Origin: Rotaria socialis
Lineage: Eukaryota
Direction: 5' to 3'
Length of the DNA stretch: 64,000 nt
Assembly (NCBI GenBank): GCA_905331295.1
Contig: CAJNYD010000062.1
Coordinates: forward strand, 372,001-436,000
Shown here: positions 58,599 to 64,000 of the stretch, piece by piece
Position numbering within the stretch: position 1 is the first letter of the stretch
How the letters are laid out: each line of letters opens with the position of its first letter
Translations under genes and position numbers: made by a program
Notes under the pieces: generated by a model
What the model saw: the letters and a program-made list of their open reading frames with translations, nothing else
Told to the model about the DNA's origin: nothing
Databases searched by the model: none

Positions 58599-60243
58599 AT
58601 TTTATTTATGAAGTGATAACTTTCAGAGATGCATGGTGCAATAGGCTGATCCTTTTATATTTGAATAGGCAGAAGCTAACAATAATACGAAGGAAAGAAA
58701 GAAAGACAGAAAGTAGACTGCTTAGAACAGTATCAAACTAGAGAAAGCCGGCGGCAATACATAGAAGAAAAAGAAAGTCCAGTATTAGGAGGTAAAAAAA
58801 AGAAGGGAGAAGAGTAATGAGCTAATGATATAGTTTTGACAGGTACACAATGAAAAATAACGTCAATTATGGATTGTCGTATCAAGTTTAGAACAGAAAA
58901 ACGAAAAAAAAATTATGTCAATGGTATGCAAAGCTTTTGAATTTCTTCTGTTTTTCAATTCTGAATTGAAACCTCTTCTAAAATCTAGAAGCCGTAATGC
59001 AAAAAAAATATATAAATTGATCGATGAAATAATACTGTTCAGTGGCTTTTAAAAAGTTGCATAAGAAGGACGGCGAATAATTAGGGCAGAAAAGTTGGTA
59101 GCTCAGCAAGAAAAATAAAGAAAAAAAAATAGAACAGAACGAAAAGAATGTTATTATTGATCCTTGCCTATGCTTACTGCAGCAGTTTCTCGTACTACGT
59201 TGGATGACGAACGATGAAAGCGAGAACGACAATGAGAATGTTAAAACAACAATCCTCTACTAACATATGGAGAGAAAAAGAAAAAGAGAGTCTGTTAGTC
59301 AACCAATAATGTGCTTTTCTTTGTACATCAAGATAATATTATTATTTATTATTCATGGAGAATGTTCTAACATATATATGAAACTTAAATAAAAATAGTC
59401 AATCAAATTTTAATTGAATTTATGATTTATGATAATAAAACGAAATTATTTGTTTTACATTAACGAATCAGAGAGAAGACCGACTCGGTTTTTGAAAGCA
59501 TATAAATGAATGAAGAAATATTCATTTTCATTGAGAATAAAAATCTTCAAAAAACCAACTTATCTTCAGAATAAAATATGAATATTTACTCAAAACAAAA
59601 AATCTTTTAGGTTTCAGTAAAAATTTAAGCCAAATTTAAAATAAAAAGATTTCCTTTTCGGAAAATTATCTTTTATCATAATAGAATATTAATAATAACG
59701 GTAACCGTATATGAAAAACAGATTTCCATCTGGTAGGCATGCAAATAAAAAAGTAGATTTAGTTCGTTTCACAGACAAAATAGAAAATAGATGTCACTAT
59801 GATCGTACGTATTCACACGAGGTATTGCTTTTTGAACTTTGCCCTAGAAATAGTAAAAAAGGAATGTATTAATATCAAGATATAGTTTTAAAATGCTGAT
59901 AAAAGCTACTAGAAACGAGAGAGACTACTTTAGGTTTCTTCGTATTTGAAGAAACCTTAATTATGTTCTTCTCGTCACCTATTACTATGTGCGGAAAGTT
60001 CGAATTTTTAGCTTATTTTTCTTCTCAAACAGAATCATTTATTATTATTATTGTTTTTTTACAATAAGAAAAAAAAGCGAAAATATTGTCTCGAAAAGCA
60101 AAAAGTTCGATTTATTTGTTTTTGTTGTTGCCCAGTAGAAATCCGGTCGAATTTCCATCCGAAACCTACTATAGAGAAAAGACCTATCAAATTTGTGTTT
60201 TATTGATAATTTTATTCTAAATAGAAATACAATTGCAATTCGG

Positions 60244-61212
60244 TCAAGTCGTATTCTGTGTTTGTAATACACTTTGCATCAATGGAGATAACTGTGCAGC
60301 ATCAATATTCGAGTGCACTAAATGTTTCAAATGGGCCGATAAACGTTGTATAACAAATAACTGGTTAATAAGTTTTGAGAATAAATTTATCGTTGTTTCG
60401 AAACCATATTGATGTGAACAATATTTGTATAATAGTTCAATATATAAAGTTTGCGTATTATGTACAACCCATGGATTATTTAATGATGGTTCATGTTCAA
60501 TATCATAAGCACAGAACCCTTTTGTAAATAGAATAATCAATAGAAGAATTTTGACAGCAACACGATCGTATTCAAGCATTTGAATTAATTTCCTTGCTGT
60601 AACTGTCAATTCATTATAGAATTCATTGCCTAATATTTCAATCCAATCTTTTCCTTGAAATATTGGATCTTGAGTATTGTGTTCATGATATGTATCGGCG
60701 ATTGGATCATACAGTAAAACTATATGCATAAAAACCACTGCTAATAAATTATGTTTAACTAGTGTTACACGATCATCGGAATCAATTAATTCGAATTCTG
60801 GAATTTTTCTTAGATATGTTATAAGACGTATTGATGATAAATAAGTTGGAATTCGAATTAGTTCAAGTGTTGAATGAATCGGTTGTGTTGCAGGATAAGG
60901 AGGTACACCAACAACTTGATTATATGCCATTGCTTCACTGTATGCTGTTTGAACTTGCTGAATTTTCGACCAATCGAATATAGTCATTACTGCTAGTACA
61001 TCACTGGTTGTTATTTTTACGAAGGTTCGTTCGTCGGGACTACTTCTGTCAACACGAGACTAAAACAAACATTTGATTTTATACATAGATACTTGATTGC
61101 GAAATAATTATATCATACAGAGTTTGAAATAAGTCGATGACGTTGTCGAAAAAATTCATTCGACTGTTTTCGAAGACGGTTTTCTTCGATTTTATTCTTT
61201 TTCTTGAGTTTA
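60244..61212 (-). CDS. Nuclear hormone receptor copy C: hinge and ligand-binding-domain exons only; DBD exons presumably beyond the window end
   Basis: Exon 61212-61119 (KLKKKNKIEENRLRKQ, matching the hinge of A and B) splices to the LBD exon ending at 60244 (LRKIPEFELIDSDDRVTLVKHNLL...LSPLMQSVLQ). No zinc-finger exon was found in 61213-64000. Confidence 0.85.
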
Positions 61213-61296
61213 CTAAAGGAAACAGACCCATTTATAATTATATATTTTTGAATTTCGAAACAGCAGTTAATCTTTTGTATTATTAGAGATTAACAT

Positions 61297-62499
61297 CCCT
61301 AGTGAATGTACTCATCAAGTGAGTACTCAAAAAGTACTCACGCTAGGAAAAGCCGCGAGTTCTCATGAGTACTCGGGGCTTTGGGTACTCATTAGTAGTA
61401 CTTGTGGTTGGATCTGAGTGTCTGCGTACGACTATTGAGTACTCACCATATTAAATCGAGTGTTTCATGAGTACTCATCATACATTCTGTGATTACTCTG
61501 GTGAATTTTTCGTAAAATGCTCAGACACATATTTTGTTCAGTATCCTTTTACTAGGTTCAATTTATTTATTTCAAAAACTAATGATAGAACAGAGAGTTA
61601 CACGATAAGAATCTGAGAAACGAAGTGTTTCATCATCTTAAAATTTGTTTAATTATGACACAGAGATAAAACATTTATCCGCAGAATGTAAGAAAAAAAT
61701 GAATAGAAAATCTGTATTAAGAGCACTGCAACATGTGTAAAGATGAACGCATGAGAAATAAATTATGGATCAAATTAAGATACGTGATAACAATACACAT
61801 TCACTTTAAATCGTTACAAAAAAATATGAACATTTTAAACCGAAAACTATAATCGTTTAGTAAAAAATAAAAAAATGTATGAACTGTCTTCTATATTATT
61901 GATGCTTCTTCAGAATATTGAATCTCATGTTTTTGGAAAATTTTTCTCATTCGTCTTGTGTTTCATTAATTTTCACAATAATATTAATTTTATCTGAAAC
62001 GATATTACATTTTTGATTTATGACGTAAAATTTAACGCATCATTTTATATTTTCAAATAAATATTTGGTCTTACTCGAGAAACGAATAGCTGAAGTGAAA
62101 TGACTTTATTTTTTCTATTCTTTAAATATTCAATTGATTAAGCGACATGCGTGACTCATCACAAAAGATGGAGGATACAATTGATAATTTATTTGAAGAG
62201 TTCTTTCGTAATTTTCGTTTCCTTACATAGTTGCTATTAGTTATGCAATATTATTTCATTTTTATGCATCCTAGCGCATAGATGTTTTGCTGAATGTCCT
62301 CTGAAAAATGACGATGAGTAGTACTAGCTCGAGTACTCGTATTTTCGTGTACGAGTAATTCTTAAAGAGAAAACTCATTAGAGTACTCGTCATAGTACAC
62401 AAAAAGTATAGTTACACATAAAATTCATCGAGTAGTCATTCGAGTGATTTGAGTACTCATGCTACAGTCGTACTCGCTGGGCGAGTACTTTCACTAGGT
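61297..62499. mobile_element. ~1.2-kb CCCTAG-terminal non-autonomous element with GAGTACTC subterminal repeats, in the presumed intron of receptor C
   Basis: Ends CCCTAGTGAATGTACTC / GAGTACTTTCACTAGG(T). GAGTACTC palindromes cluster at 61305-61500 and 62315-62490. Confidence 0.75.
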
Positions 62500-64000
62500 T
62501 GCAGATGTTAATAATTTTAAGTGAAACATTCTTATCTATATCTATCAAACTAAGTATGTCCTCATGCGTCCGCCTCCTAACCATTTGATGATAGTTTCAC
62601 AGTAATTAATCAAAGAATAAATGATGCGCCTGCAGTTTTTGTTTATCATTGTGGGCCAAAAAATTGATTGATCTATATAAATAAATCTTCGCGTCATTTT
62701 AACAGTGAAATGCCAATGTTACTGAATTGGTTGGAACACATTACTTAACTGTTTTATTTTTGACTATAGTAAAAATATTTATTTGTAACTCTAGAACAAC
62801 ATGATATTATCATTTCATACTTTCATACACGAGTTTTGATAAGTCTGAAAAGTCATTAGTTTGTATGTCAGTATTCATTTACTACAACTAAATGTTTTAT
62901 TAAGAAACTTGAGTACTCATATCGGTGTTCCAAATGATATTTCTTCTCTTATTATAATGAATATGCGAATCGCTTTTCATCATCGATCAAAAACCCTTTT
63001 TATTTAAAAAAAGTGAAAAGTCTCGCTTTAAACGCAGTTCGTAAGTTTATCTGTTCAAATTTAAAAAATTCGTTCGATCAGTATGATATTCTCTAAAGTT
63101 CTTAAAGAAATTTTCTTTCAATTAAACTTTTAATGGGCTATATTCTAGAAAAGAATATATACTTTATCAGTCGTTCTATATTGGTTCTTTATTTTACATT
63201 CTCTATGTGACGTTTTCGTATAGTTTATCTATCTCAATTGGATTATACAGTGCATCGCTTAGTCGAATATTTCATGAAAGTATTCTGGAGAGTCAAAAAT
63301 AAACGAAACAGAAAAATAGTTATTACTTTCTTTCTTTCTATGCTATATCATGAAACAGGATAGAAAATGGGAGCACATAGCAGGACTACCCATAGGACCA
63401 TCTAAGAATAAATACCAATAAAGTCTCTTTCTAACACATGAGCAATTCCTCTATTCTGTTTTTGGTGAAATGATGGTGAAGAAATAAAATAAAGTAACTT
63501 GCATGTTTTTTATATTTCATATTTATATTTTATCAAACAAACATATATTATTTGAAAGATTCACATTAAAATTCAAAACTTATTTAGAAGGATGTTCCGA
63601 TGGCATCTAACTTAATCTAGTCGCGCTGTAGAACTTATGATAAATCCTGTAAGGCTTAATAAATATTAGCTTTTTTTCTTACTATAATTTTCATGTTTAA
63701 CATATTCAGTACTTCTTTTTTAAATGAAAGCTTTCTCTTACAGTAATGAGGAATTCGATAGGAGATGAGTTGATTACAAAGTAAATCGATTAAATATCCT
63801 TATCAGCACCAAAACATTACTCCTTATTTATTTTTGCACTTATTTAAAACAAATCACAGCAGATGAAAGTTTGACACTAATGCTTTTAATACATTTTCAT
63901 TTATCTACTATATTTACTGATGACTTGTTTCATTAATAACTTATGACATATTGAAGTTATTCTTGTTTATCAAAGTGTAGTTCTATTTCACACTATTCAT

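Overview
This is AT-rich eukaryotic genomic DNA with many short (~45-80 bp) GT-AG introns and one assembly gap (N 36330-36681), so the six-frame ORF track shows only exon fragments. The gene mix, intron sizes and a bacterial-type gene suggest a bdelloid rotifer (inference only). Genes reconstructed by hand: VPS4 (5' part, -), a bacterial-type maltose/galactoside O-acetyltransferase (+), a GALNT7-like GalNAc-transferase (+), MAPKAPK2 (-), IDH2 (-) head-to-head with the capping enzyme RNGTT (+), a 799-aa helical/ARM-TIR-SAM protein (-), two single-exon orphans (one secreted), SNAP25 (+) with two alternative first exons, and three tandem HR96/NR1J-like nuclear receptors (-). Intergenic DNA carries many non-autonomous DNA transposons: a PIF/Harbinger MITE pair, a hAT MITE, a DINE-1/Helentron-like element, and six CCC-terminal elements, mostly with 2-bp TSDs, built from palindromic subterminal motifs and sometimes nested. 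Best leads: the SARM1-like ARM-TIR-SAM protein with an intact catalytic-position Glu, the HGT candidate with an intron right after its ATG, 5-7 nt microexons inside catalytic motifs, the alternative SNAP25 N-termini, and the shared loss of the AF-2 glutamate in the receptor cluster. No RNA genes or CRISPR arrays were recognised. All family assignments come from motif recognition; no database search was run.
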